DNA of 63,170 nt, filler included, from Octopus bimaculoides (GCF_001194135.2; 8 parts of 8 records of this genome joined end to end with filler, not necessarily neighbours in it), one strand, 5' to 3'. Counted from the first letter of the whole stretch, positions 25,303 to 38,830 are shown. Notes: generated by a model from the letters alone, not told the origin. Translations and numbers: made by a program.

Positions 25303-25664
25303 AACTGAACACAGTATTAGAAGAGTATTGATGGTTTATTTTTAAAGGAATAATTTACTAACCCATTCACAAAATGATATTTCGGTGTAAAAACACTCTC
25401 GTCAAGATTTATGTAGATATTCATAGGTATTCTGGATGTGGGTCTTCACTGAGCTTGTTTTGTTTTTTTCATTACAGCTAGGAGAAATGTGATGAGCGTG
25501 TGTGTATTTCTGTGTGCGTGTATATGTGTGTGTCTGTGTGTGTCTGTGTGTGTCTGTGTGTGTCTGTGTGCGTCTGTATGTCTTTCAAGACAACACAGAC
25601 TTTTAAAAAGGACTTTCACAGTAATGACAGGTTGTTTTTGTTGTTTATGAGAGATAGAAAGAGG

Positions 25665-25735
<71 letters not shown>

Positions 25736-26197
25736 TGTGTGTAGTGGAAGATAGAATTCAAATTTGTTTCAAGAAAGTAAAAACAGATTATTGTCGAGCC
25801 TATCAATGTCATCATTGTTGTAAGCTTCTGCAGAAGGATCTATTTCATCATGGCTAAGTCGTTACCCGGCAGCATAGCGACGGATGACGACTAGTTTTGT
25901 ATAAAAGAAATTGTGTCATGTCACGTGTTTTGATAATTGTCTGTCTTCTATTCACGTTCGACATACATGCGCAGATAACAACCATACTTTGCTCTCATCT
26001 TTTATATCTTTGACTCATTTCAGCCATTGGACTGCGACCATGCTGGGGCGCCGCCTTGAGGGGCTTTAGTCGAACATATCGATCCCACCACTTACTTTTA
26101 TCGGCCTCATATGCCGAACCACTAATATTTTAGGAACGTAAACAAACTAACACAGTTGGGACACACACACACACACACACAAACACACAAACGCGCG

Positions 26198-26253
<56 letters not shown>

Positions 26254-26460
26254 TTAAATGTGCAGAAAGCAAAAGACAAAGATAGGTGAGGGAACAAGAA
26301 GCAGGAACATTCGTCATCGTAACCGACGAAGTGCCACACATACATGTACACACATACATGTACACACATACACACTCCCAGTGGACAAGCACATAGAAAG
26401 CATATACACATATCGGTTACAAGTTATATTTGTATGCATACTCACATATGCATACTTACA

Positions 26461-26507
<47 letters not shown>

Positions 26508-26718
26508 ACATACATACATGCATAAATGGGTATACAGACATACACAATACACACACACACACACACACAAAATACACACACACACACACTCCTACATAAT
26601 CGCATTTTAAAACATCGCAATTCCAAGTAGGTTGAAGAAAGGTCAAACTTAAAGGTCAAGCATTAAAGGTCATATACAGCTACACGCAAAGATATACATA
26701 TATACACATTTGCAATAC

Positions 26719-26749
<31 letters not shown>

Positions 26750-26842
26750 TGTATGCATGCATGCCCGTATGTATGTATGCATGTATGTATGCATGTATGT
26801 ATGCATGTCCGTATGTATGTATGTATGTATGTATGTATGTAT

Positions 26843-27862
26843 GTCTGCTTCCATTCACAAGTTCTCCATATAGCATCTGCTTAGGAATCCTGCTATCCTT
26901 CATTCTAATAAGGTGTCGAGTCCAACGTATCCGGTGCTTGTGCACCATTGCCTCAATACTCAGGATATCAGATGTCCTCAGGACCTGTGTGCCTGGAATT
27001 TTTGAGGTCCAGTCAACATTGAGAACTCGTCTGAGACATCTCTGATGAAAGCGTTCATGGACCCTTACCTGACGTTTGTACAAAGGCCATGTCTCACATG
27101 AGTAGAGGAGCGAATGGAAGGAGACTCCGGCAGAAACCAAGACTGCGATTTAAGGACTGTGTCAAGTCCTCATTAAAGGCCTGTGATATGCAGGACACTG
27201 ACTGGGAGAACAATGCCTGTCATCGCCACAGATGGAAGAAGCAGGTTAAGGAGGGGATCGACACTTTTGAGAGAGCACGTATCCAGCATGAAAAACTTAA
27301 GCGAGCTGCGCCAAGGAGCACGGCTCGTATAGTGAATGGGAAAGCTTGGTCTGCAATGTTTGCAGTCGTGTATGCTTGTCAAGAGCAGAGCTCATTAGCC
27401 ACCAACGGAGCCGCAAATGTAAAATATAAGTTAGTCCTAGAGTGCACAATGTTCCTGAAGGTCAGCAATGGNNNNNNNNNNNNNNNNNNNNNNNNNNNNN
27501 NNNNNNNNNNNNNNNNNNNNNNNNNNNNNNNNNNNNNNNNNNNNNNNNNNNNNNNNNNNNNNNNNNNNNNNNNNNNNNNNNNNNNNNNNNNNNNNNNNNN
27601 NNNNNNNNNNNNNNNNNNNNNNNNNNNNNNNNNNNNNNNNNNNNNNNNNNNNNNNNNNNNNNNNNNNNNNNNNNNNNNNNNNNNNNNNNNNNNNNNNNNN
27701 NNNNNNNNNNNNNNNNNNNNNNNNNNNNNNNNNNNNNNNNNNNNNNNNNNNNNNNNNNNNNNNNNNNNNNNNNNNNNNNNNNNNNNNNNNNNNNNNNNNN
27801 NNNNNNNNNNNNNNNNNNNCAGCAATGGTCTTCCTCGGTCACGAGTGGACGGTCATCATCAT
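26843..27862 (+). mobile_element. 5'-truncated RTE insertion with inverted 5' segment (26843-27120 on -, 27113-27862 on +), inside a (TATG)n array
   Basis: Minus part SLLYSCETW...HQRCLRRVL...RWTRHLIRM...IPKQMLYGELVNGSR; plus part NGRRLRQKPRLRFKDCVK...WENNA..R.RWKKQV; ends in (CAT)n. Confidence 0.85.
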
Positions 27863-28029
27863 GCATGTATGTATGTATGTATGTATGTATGTATGTATGT
27901 ATGTATGTATGCATGTATGTATGTATGTATGTATGTATGTATGTATGTATGCATGCATGTAAGTGCGAATACATGCATAGAAATATGCATACATACACGC
28001 ATCAAAAGTTATACTAACCCCTGAATGGG

Positions 28030-28200
28030 ACAAGCTATCCTATCTCGAGTAATGACCATGTACTGCAGTAGCTTAGGATTCAAGGGCCCACAGCTATTTA
28101 ACGCTGTGCCAAAATATCTGAGGGATATCCATAGCATAGGGGTAGATGTTTTCAAGAAACAACTTGACAGCTTGCTATCCAAGGTCCCAGACGAACCTAT
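28030..28200 (+). mobile_element. CR1/L2-group LINE ORF2 3' fragment
   Basis: SSLGFKGPQLFNAVPKYLRDI...VDVFKKQLDSLLSKVPDEP. Confidence 0.75.
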
Positions 28201-29475
28201 ATCATAGCAAGAAGCTCAAAAGCCAATTGCATAAGAATGGCTACTGAAAATGTGACTACACTGGTGGTGCTCCAGCATGGCCACAGCTTTTGGGCTGAAA
28301 CAAATATATGAAATGAAAGAAATAAAAGAAATGTATGTATGTATGTATGTATGTATGTATGTATGTATACTTCAAAAAGGATCAAAGGTTCTTCCCAAGC
28401 AGAAGGCATCATAAGGCTGGTTTCCGGATCCTGTGGAGTATATTTTTATCGTTGGATTACTCAGATTTGCCAGTTGAGTGGACTGAAGCGACGTGAAATG
28501 AAGTGTTTTGCTCAAGAACGGAACCAAAGTCTTACGATCATGAGTGCACGAGTGCAACACCCTAACGACTACATACATGCATACATACATACATACATAC
28601 ATNNNNNNNNNNNNNNNNNNNNNNNNNNNNNNNNNNNNNNNNNNNNNNNNNNNNNNNNNNNNNNNNNNNNNNNNNNNNNNNNNNNNNNNNNNNNNNNNNN
28701 NNCACCGAAATAGATTGTTAATTCCTGGACATCCTGTATAGAATTTTCTCCGTGTCTTGGGTATCCTTTCATCTTCTCTACAATCTGGATGACCATCTTT
28801 TTTATACACTGGATGCTCACCTTTGTTACTAACCTTGTCCGTACACGGGCAACTAAACTTGTCGGGACATGGGTTAAACCACACTTTTCATCAACGGGTC
28901 ACTATCTTCTCCGCTCCTCTCAGTGGCTATCTTTCTTCTCTCGTACATAATGTTGTATAAGTCTAGTTATTGTTCTATCATATTGTTGTTGTTGTTTAGC
29001 CCCATGTCGGCACTGATCCAGTAGACCTATAATGAAAGCCTCCCTCCCAATACATCAACGTTTTTCAGGCATCGGACGCCATCTTTTAAAACAAGCATAT
29101 GCAACGTCTTTCGAGACGTAAGCAGCTTGACATATGGTTCATTAGGCGGGTTGCACTACTATAACACTAAAAAGTAATTTTTCGTTAGTCGTGCCATTCA
29201 GAAAATCCTTCAAACTGCAGATTGCTCATGACTGATCTAATATAGATTTAATTTAAAAATTCTTTATGCGTAAAAGAAACAATATTGGATTATAATAGCG
29301 ATCTGAGTATCATGGAAAGCCAAATTAACTGCGGTATTCGTCCGGAGATAATACCATATTTCCAATGCAGTACGGTGCGGTTTTAAGGGCGAGCTGGTAA
29401 CTATTTCTAGCAAAACCATAACCTTAAAAATGTAACCGTGACGGACCTAAGAAAGACTACATTTCTTAATACTGA

Positions 29476-29925
29476 TTTCAAATTTTGGCACAGGGCCAGC
29501 AATTTCGGAGGAAGGGTTTAGTCGATTACATCGACCCCCATTGCTCAATTGGTACTTATTTTATCGACCTCGAAAGAATGCGAGGCCGACCTCGCCGGAA
29601 TTTGAGCTGAGAACGTAAAGACAGACGAAATGTCGATAAGCATTTCGTCCGGCGTGCTAATGATTCTGCATGTGCGCTGCTTTACTTGTTAATATCAAAC
29701 TTAATTAAGGTGACGAGCTGGCAAAACTGTTAGCACGTCGGACGAAATGCTTAGCGGCATTTCCTCCGTCTTAACGTTCTCAGTTCAAATTCCGCCGAAG
29801 TTGGCTTTGCCTTTCATCCTTTTGAGGTCGACAAAAGAAGCATCAGTTGAATCGACTGCGGTCGGTTTAATGGATTTATCCCCTCCCCTAAACCCGCTGG
29901 CCTGGTACCAACATTTGAGACCAAT
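29476..29925. mobile_element. Head-to-head inverted pair of SINE family B copies (29476-29680 -, 29706-29925 +)
   Basis: Both match family B; separated by ~25 nt. Confidence 0.85.
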
Positions 29926-31071
29926 ATTAAACTTAAATTAATCTCTGAAGTTAGCTATGATAATAATATGAGCGCTAGATTCCCGGTCAGCGGGAAAATT
30001 GTCTTGCATGAACGGGTCCGTGTTACAAAATACTTTAGGAGAAGCTATCTACCGCATATCGTACGACTGTCAAAAGACTGTCTCGAACTCATTTTAAAAC
30101 TTTTCTTTCTCTTTCTTCTATGCCACTATTTCTGTTTCTGAGGCAACTTCCCTTTAATACAGGATTTAAGTACAGACCGACCAAATATTCCTCATTTTCG
30201 TATCAGTACTGGTACAGCATTGTCGGGTATTGTATTCTTGAAATATAAGAATTCCGACGGCCATATTCTTTTAGAAAATAGAAATAATACATTTCTAAAT
30301 CTCTCAGAGAGATTTATGCAGTAGTGATACGATGAAGTAGTGGTATGCTGTGAACTTAATGTGATAGTCCCATGAAGGGAATACTACTACTGTTATTTAG
30401 CCCTAGGAAGCAGCACCGCTCCCTGTCAGCCTTGACACATTACCTGTGTCCTTATGTTTATTCCCTTCATGGGACTGTCACATTAAGTTGACAGCATACA
30501 ACTACTTCATATTCTTTTAAAATTTGGGATAATATTCTTTTATTGCTCTCTCTTCCTTTACTATTTATAATTTGTCCGCCTGAGGTGCGCTGATATTGGC
30601 GATGAGGTTAAGGGTTCATTTCTAAATAACGAGGCTTTGGTCACAATCTTACTGTACGGCAATTTGGACAAAGGTCATCTGAGTTTGGCTTGACCCATGT
30701 CTTGTGAGAAATTAGCGCGTTGGGTTAAGGGCGAAAATTGGGTGGGACCAGACAGACAGACAGACAGACAGACACACACACACACACACATACATAGGTG
30801 CAAGCACGCACGTACACGTATGCTGTATCTCACCAAAAGTCCTTGATCCTTCGGTGTCGGCTTCTCCTACCATTGCAAAGTTTAAAATAGTCGATGTAAT
30901 ACTCAGCCATATATATAATATTAAAAGAGACAGAGCGGTAGAATCAGTTGATAATGTTGTTGTTGTTGGCANNNNNNNNNNNNNNNNNNNNNNNNNNNNN
31001 NNNNNNNNNNNNNNNTTAATTAATTAANNNNNNNNNNNNNNNNNNNNNNNNNNNNNNNNNNNNNNNNNNNN

Positions 31072-31136
<65 letters not shown>

Positions 31137-31412
31137 GCAGGAAGCGTGGCTTTTACTTGTCTCAGTCAAAGAGATCGAAGAAAGTTTGTTATTGTAGATT
31201 TTGTTGAACTGTAGATTACTGAGAGGTAAACAAACCATCACAGACTGTGAAGTGGAGGGTGCAGACAAAAATACTACATACGCACACATACATGTGTGGG
31301 TACTTATGTTGCCTCTACCACAGTTTCTGTTTGCCAAATCCACACACAAGGCTGTAGCCTGACAAGGGCTAACTTAGGACATAATTGCCCAAGATGGTAT
31401 GCAGTGAGATAG

Positions 31413-31455
<43 letters not shown>

Positions 31456-31570
31456 GTGTGTATATCTCTGTTTGTGATATATATATTATCGGTTGTAACC
31501 AGTTTTTTTCAAGCTGAGAGGATGTAGACTCTGTTTCACTTTCTTCTCTGTTTCTTCTCTTTTTCTCTGA

Positions 31571-31603
31571 CCCCTGGCGAAGGATTGAAACCTAAACGTT
31601 GGA
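31571..31603 (+). ncRNA. Degenerate minimal hammerhead-ribozyme-like motif (Penelope type)
   Basis: CC-CUGGCGA-A-GG(AUUGAAA)CC-UAAAC-GUU-GG; two core substitutions. Confidence 0.35.
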
Positions 31604-31641
31604 TATTCCACTCCTCACGGCAAGTTCACTGTACCGTTATC

Positions 31642-31674
<33 letters not shown>

Positions 31675-31676
<2 letters not shown>

Positions 31677-31838
31677 GACGGGCTTCTTTCAGCTTCCGTC
31701 AGCCAAGTCCACTCACAAAGCTTTGGTCGGCCCGAGGCTATAGTAGAAGACATTTGCCCAAGGTGCCACGCTGTGGGACTGAACCCGGAACCATGTGGTT
31801 TTTAAGCAAGCTACTTACTATGCAGCCACTTCTATGCC
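31675..31838 (-). mobile_element. SINE family A 5' half
   Basis: Sequence match to other copies. Confidence 0.85.
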
Positions 31839-31848
31839 TATATACATA

Positions 31849-31918
<70 letters not shown>

Positions 31919-32079
31919 GAGTGAGAGAGTAGTGCATGCCATCATAGTGACATTAAGATAAAATATACAAAGTCCTGTATATCTATCAGGACTACCCGTC
32001 TGCTAAGGGTACACCAGACACATGCATTACAACCATATGTGCGCGACATAGTGGTCTCATACCAAGATAAACAGCGTAA

Positions 32080-32950
32080 TATATCTGTCGGGGGATAAGA
32101 AATATGGTACAATTGAAGTCAGATTTGCTATAGGAGACATAGCAAAACAGCACTCAACAGCCCCGTTGAGAAACAGTGAACTTGTCCTAGTTCCACCATA
32201 CTTGGTGCGGCGCGTCGCCAAAATCAAAAATACTGGAGACACCACTAGAATTGAACGTTTACTGCATTGTCGGAGCCGTCCTCCTCGACTTGGAAGATAA
32301 AATTAGAATCATTCAAGTCGAGAAATAAGGTAAAAACAACTTGATTGATCAGGAATTGCAAATAATGGTCCAAATAAACCAAGACGTTTTGGAACAAATT
32401 CCTGACCAACTCAGACTTCCAGATGCCACTTTGCTGAATGTCACTGCTGAGGGCAGAAGGCCAAGATGTTATCAATGCGGACAGAATAACCACCTGCAAG
32501 CATTCTGCCCACAACTAAAGACAGAAGGAAGGTACTACCCACTTCATACCAGCACCACAACTGAAGCAACCCCGAAACAGAAGAAACCTCGTCTACAAAA
32601 GCAACTCCAACAAGAGAAGAAATCCCACGAAAAGAAAGCACAGAGGGCTCTAGCAAACACACTACCACCACCAACTACACGAGAAACAACAACGCCAACA
32701 ACAACAGAGGCGGTAGCCACAAGCACCACCAGAAACACCATCAACGCAGCTCTTGCCAGAGAAATAAAAGACATAATCAAATTTCGACTCACTGAAACTA
32801 CCCTTTCCTGACTTTGACCACTCAGACATGTCGTGCGGGGAGGTCGACAGAATTGAATGGACAAAAGTCACACGTAAAAGACTAACAAAAAGGCACAACA
32901 GTACACCAACAAATAAACAAGCTGTACCACACAAAAGCATTCAAAATCAC
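32080..32950 (+). mobile_element. Degenerate ORF1 (gag-like, CCHC zinc knuckle) of an L1/Tx1-like LINE
   Basis: ...LNVTAEGRRPR-CYQCGQNNHLQAFC-PQ fits CX2CX4HX4C, followed by a T/P/K-rich tract; the upstream part has a frameshift and a stop. Confidence 0.75.
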
Positions 32951-33711
32951 CCAAAAACAACAACACCCCAACACCCACAAAACTAACTAATCAGACAGAC
33001 GCTTCGATCCTTTGTTCTGCCTTTATAGATAACCATATCAAAAATAGTCTATATATTGGTATAGCTACATGTATATTTGAGTACTTTTGTAAACGGGAAC
33101 ATGAGTGTATATACGTTCGCTTGTGTGAGCGTATGAATGTGTGTAGGCATTTGTGACTGTGTGAGAGTGTATCTGTGTTTCTGTGCATCTGTGTATGTGT
33201 GTGTGCCTGTGTGTGAGTGCGCGCGCGCGTATGTGTATGTCCGCATATTTATTGTAAAATCGCAGTCAACTTGGCTCTCACAATAAATTTGTCTTTCAGT
33301 ATAGAGTCATACCATCAGTTAATACTCCGTTATTAAACTTAAAATGGCTTTCGGGTAACATTATTTGAACATTTACATATGTTCGTTGTTTTATGTATAC
33401 GTGGATGTAAAGTATCTATGATTGCATGTGCTAATAAATTACATGTGTGTGAGTGCGTGTGAGTGTGTGTTTGTGTGCGCGCGCATGTGTATGTATGTGT
33501 GTGTAATGCGCACGCGCGTATCAAACTCTATTTGAACTTGTGTATATGTTTGTGCATGAATATAGTTTTACGTATGTATAGACGTTTGATATTTTTATTG
33601 CATGTAATAATATATTCTATATGCGTGCATGCGCTTGTGCTTCTGTGCGTGAGCGTGGGTGAGTGTGTGCGCGCGTATCAAACTCTATTTGAATTTACCT
33701 ATATTCTTTTA

Positions 33712-34060
33712 TTCTTTTACTTGTTTCAGTTATTTGACTGCGGCCATACTGGGGCACCTCCTTTAGTCAAGCAAATCGTCTCCAGGACTTATTCTTTGTA
33801 AGCTTAGTACTTATGCTACCGTCTCTTTTGCCGAACCGCTAAGTTACGAGGATGTAAGCACACCAGCATCGGTTGGTGTCGGGGGAAAACACAGACACAT
33901 TAACATATACACACACATACATACATACATATACATATATATAACGGGCTTCTTTCAGTTTCCGTCTATCAAATCCACTCACAAGGCTTTGGTTGGCCTG
34001 AAGATATAGTAGAAGACACTTGCCCAAGGTGCCACTTAGTGGGACTGTATCCGGAAGTAC
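33712..34060 (-). mobile_element. SINE family A copy
   Basis: Sequence match to other copies. Confidence 0.85.
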
Positions 34061-35583
34061 GGTAAGGGGGACCATACTCACACACACATACACACGCAAA
34101 TATATATATNNNNNNNNNNNNNNNNNNNNNNNNNNNNNNNNNNNNNNNNNNNNNNNNNNNNNNNNNNNNNNNNNNNNNNNNNNNNNNNNNNNNNNNNNNN
34201 NNNNNNNNNNNNNNNNNNNNNNNNNNNNNNNNNNNNNNNNNNNNNNNNNNNNNNNNNNNNNNNNNNNNNNNNNNNNNNNNNNNNNNNNNNNNNNNNNNNN
34301 NNNNNNNNNNNNNNNNNTATATATTATATTATATTATATAAACGCGAAATTCTGTCTGTGCAGGACCCCTGTATACGGGTCCCACGCAAACAAAATTATT
34401 ATTATAGACATATTATACCTTTTTGAAATCAGGATGCTTCTGGGATTGAAAATCTGCCCTTCATATGGTTCTTGAATATCCAACATTGGGATCTAATTCA
34501 AAAGCATTTGGGTTGCTATTTCTAGCAAGTGAAGCCTGTCTGATTCACGCCATCTTGGTTGGCGTTTGTCAGATGGCGTCAGAGATCTAGGAGGAAATAA
34601 ATGACATTCGCTTCGTTAATTTTACGACGAGATAAGAACTTTGGGACAAATTGGCCAACATTTAGACTTCAACTTGGCACTGGAACAATAGAGCAGTTGC
34701 ATTATAGAAAAAAATTCTCATCCGTCCTTAATCTCTGATCAAACACCACCGTGAAATATAGTCATTATAGACGTATTATAGTCATGTTATTTAACGTTTT
34801 TTAGTATTGGGCTGCAGGCACCATTAGCCCTCCAGAAGACTTAGCTTAGAAAACCGCACGGAGTGCGGTCTTTATATGCAGTTATACACCTAGTAGAATG
34901 TTGCTTCAAGCTTGTCCACAGTATTTGACTACTTGATGTCAACAACAGTATCGGGGTGTATACGACTGGGTTTACTTCAGAATTTTCTTTGTATCCGTAG
35001 AGTTTCTATAAAGACATGCAAGGCAGAAAATGGAATTCACGACATTCTTTATTCAGAAACACTACTATCGTTTCAATTCATCATGCGCACACACACACAC
35101 ACGCATATTGCAGGTGAGATGCTGTACAATTAATTGTCATGCATTTTAGGTGAAGATATGTCACCTCAGGTGATTCCTCAAAAATGAATGCGTTTTTTTA
35201 TTCGCTGCTCTGCGTATTTCGATAATAATGCAATTTGATTTGTGTAGCGTACCATCCGTCTCCGTAATGAACTGAGATAGAATGAAAGACTGCTTCCCGT
35301 ATAAGCAATAAAACCATAAAAGTAAATGTTAAACTGCACAAGGGTAGAAAAATAAGAAATCAAACAATACAATCAAGTCAAATCAAATGGAATACACCGA
35401 TCACAAGACGCAGTTAAACGAAAACATGAAATATACATGAGATCAGAACAGAAGAGCCAAAAAACACCCCACTTTCATTTGTTTCCCTGAATTTGGTTTC
35501 ATATATCTCTCTCTAAATAGCAGTAACCCCGCAAAACCTGGCAGCGTTTGAAATCTGTTCCTTTGAATATATAATTTGTATAA

Positions 35584-35618
<35 letters not shown>

Positions 35619-35689
35619 CTACATATGTGGATAATTGGTGTGTTTCTTTGTGGCGTTGTTAGCTAACTCCTCCTACATCGTTTTATTGG

Positions 35690-36140
35690 TTTTGATGAAA
35701 CTTGACACGTGAATAGAACTCGTGTCTGGAAACCTCGGGACATACTTTGATTGTTGAAAAAGTCCATAATACGGCTCCTGGAAGGGACCTTTCTATCTAT
35801 CTCATATAACTATTTTTTTTAAACACCCAAGGGAAATAATCAATAGCACCTATACAATATTTCTTTTAAACACTCAAAGGAAATAACCCATTTCGTTGTT
35901 TGTGTTCGATTACTATGAACATTGATTTTTTTGTGTGTCCTATTTCTAACTTTTGCAGACAATATCACTTTTATACTTTATTTGACACGTGAGAAGAACT
36001 CGCCTGGAAACTTCGTGACATACTTAGATTGTTGAAAAAAAAATCGATAATAGGGCCCTTCCAATGGATCCTTCTATCTACTACATATTACTGATATTTT
36101 ATTTAAACAACCCAAGGGAAATAACCCATACTACCTGTAG
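35690..36140. repeat. Diverged local tandem duplication (~280-bp period)
   Basis: TTGACACGTGA..AGAACTCG..CTGGAAAC.TCG.GACATACTT.GATTGTTGAAAAA...CTATCTA...CCCAAGGGAAATAA occurs at ~35702 and ~35982. Confidence 0.8.
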
Positions 36141-36790
36141 ATTTTAGCGAAGCGATTAATATTTGATACTCACGATCAGCCGACCTAATTCTGCATTTCA
36201 CTACTCACAGTTTTGAACGGCTAAACATAACTAGTGCTCATCCTTAATTTGAATCTTAAACATTAAAGGCTTCATTCATACAATCCTATACATACTTCTC
36301 TGAATGCCCATTACTCCGGTAGTTCTGCATTTTTACAGTTAGACTTTTTCCATGACAGTAGATAAATCTTTTATTCCACAACGTATTTGTAGTCGCTTCC
36401 TACAGGCATAGCGTGGATTCGATCTTCGATTGCCAAATTTCACTTAATACTTCAACAGTGCTTTTCTCAGGGTAAAAGAATATTTTTTTCTGTGAATGAC
36501 AGCAGTTATACATTTCTCAGATAACTTTAATAAGCAGAATAATGTCTTTGCCTCTCACCAGCCTCCGACAACTTCACTCACCAATCTCCGACAATCTATC
36601 TCGCTAACCTTCGAAAATCTCTTTCGCCAACCCCCAACTTCCCTCCTCCAGCTGACAGTTTTGTACTTTTTCGTGACGAAAAATACACCTTCTGTGGTAG
36701 TTATAATGAAATTGCCTTTTTATATCAGAGTAATAAGGTGTTTCAATAGAGCATCTCTACCCACCGGGAATTACCGGATACACCAGCTAG

Positions 36791-36877
<87 letters not shown>

Positions 36878-37206
36878 ATATATGTATATTCAGATAGATA
36901 GATAGATAGATAAAGAGAGAGAGAAATAGATAGATATATTCATACATACATACATATATATATACACGATTAGGTGAAAAGCGCTTTAATTATAAAACAT
37001 GTGACATTAATAAAAATCTGTAAATGTACAACCATCCAGATTTCTGAGTACCTTAATTTTTTTCTATAATATAATTCCTGTACATCNNNNNNNNNNNNNN
37101 NNNNNNNNNNNNNNNNNNNNNNNNNNNNNNNNNNNNNNNNNNNNNNNNNNNNNNNNNNNNNNNNNNNNNNNNNNNNNNNNNNNNNNNNNNNNNNNNNNNN
37201 NNATAT

Positions 37207-37617
37207 ACACTTTTACTCTTTTACTTGTTTCAGTCATTTTACAGTGGCCATGCTGGAGCACCAGCTATAGTCGAGCAAATCGACCCGAGGGACTTATTCT
37301 GTAAGCCTAGTACTTATTCTATCGGTCCATATTGCTGAACCGCTAGGTTACAGGGACATAAACACACCAGCATAGGTTTTCAAGCGATGTTGGGGGGACA
37401 AACACAGACACAAAAATATACACACACACATACATATATGTATACATATATACGACGGGCTTCTTTCAGTTTCCGTATATCAAATCCACTCACAAGGCTT
37501 TGGTCGGCTCGAGGCTATAGTAGAAAACACTTACCCAAGGTGCCACGCAGTGGGACTGAACCCGGAACTATGTGGTTCATGAGCAAGCTACTTATCACAC
37601 AGCCACTCCTACGCCTC
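37207..37617 (-). mobile_element. SINE family A, near-complete
   Basis: Sequence match to other copies. Confidence 0.9.
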
Positions 37618-38053
37618 TATATATACGTACAGGTATGTGCATACCGACATCTACCTGTATGTATAGGTGCATATCTGGGTACAGGACATTGCAAATAAAA
37701 CGTAGACGAGAAAACACACAAGCCACATAGAGAACATTCTTCTTCATCAGCTACCCCCGTTTTAACACTGGCGTTTCGAAGAGATATTGTGCGCGCGCGT
37801 GCGATATATCTGACTATATGTGTGTATGTGTATGTATGGGGATGTACGAACAAGGTAATGCTGAAAATTTCCTGGCTTTGTGTAAAAGAAAATGAAGGAG
37901 GATCAGATAATTACGATTTTATTCAACATTTTCTCCTCCTAGATTCACACACCTCTTGCAGCAGTCGTTCAGTTTCTCTAAGCCCTGTGAAAGAACTCGA
38001 AAGGTTGTGCTTCCAATCAGGTTTTTCCCGATAATCTTAGAGCCGTGTGTGTG

Positions 38054-38089
<36 letters not shown>

Positions 38090-38610
38090 NNNNNNNNNNN
38101 NNNNNNNNNNNNNNNNNNNNNNNNNNNNNNNNNTTAATTAATTAANNNNNNNNNNNNNNNNNNNNNNNNNNNNNNNNNNNNNNNNNNNNGCACACAAACA
38201 TACATATACACACATACATACACACATACATACGTACATACTTATATACACACACACATGCATTCGTACATACATTCATGCATACATACATACACACATA
38301 CACACATACATAGACACACACACATACATACATACATACAAACATACATCCACACATGCATACGCTCATACATTTTTATGCACACCATATTTCAATTCGT
38401 AGTTCCTTTCACGGTCACTCACTGTTTGTCAAAACGGATGAATTTCAAGTGCTTAATTCCATTTTTACTTTGGGGAGAAATATGTCTACCCTAGTATAAA
38501 GCTGGTTATAATTTTGTTAACGATCCAATTCCCTACAGGCCACAACTCAGTGAGAGAATGAACGAAATTAAGCAGCTTATGTTCGCCTCTCCGTCATTTT
38601 TATCTTTTAT

Positions 38611-38830
38611 TTTCTATCTTTTACTTGTTTCAGTCATGAAATTGCAGCCATGCTGGAGCACCGCCAAGAAAATGTTTCATTCGAATGAATGTACCTCGGT
38701 ACTTCTTTTACACCTGGTACTCATTCTATCGGACACTTTTGTCGGATCGCTAAGTTACGAGAAATTAAACACACTAACACCAATTGGTCAGCGGTAGTCG
38801 GGGCCAACACAGACACAAACACACACATAC
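38611..38830 (-). mobile_element. SINE family A 3' half
   Basis: Sequence match to other copies. Confidence 0.75.

Noticed and set aside
28702-28900. Two open minus-strand frames with an AAG|GTGAGC donor
   Set aside because: No good acceptor in frame, abuts a gap, and no recognisable product.
34325-34365. TATATAAACGCGAAATTCTGTCTGT resembling a Helitron 5' end
   Set aside because: Truncated by a gap; no 3' hairpin/CTRR end identified.
37735-37790. GAAAC...CUGAUGAA on the minus strand (also ~22265-22305 + and ~54960-55010 -) as a type-II hammerhead
   Set aside because: The triplet is GUG (not NUH) and there is no convincing stem I; kept only as an unclassified repeat.
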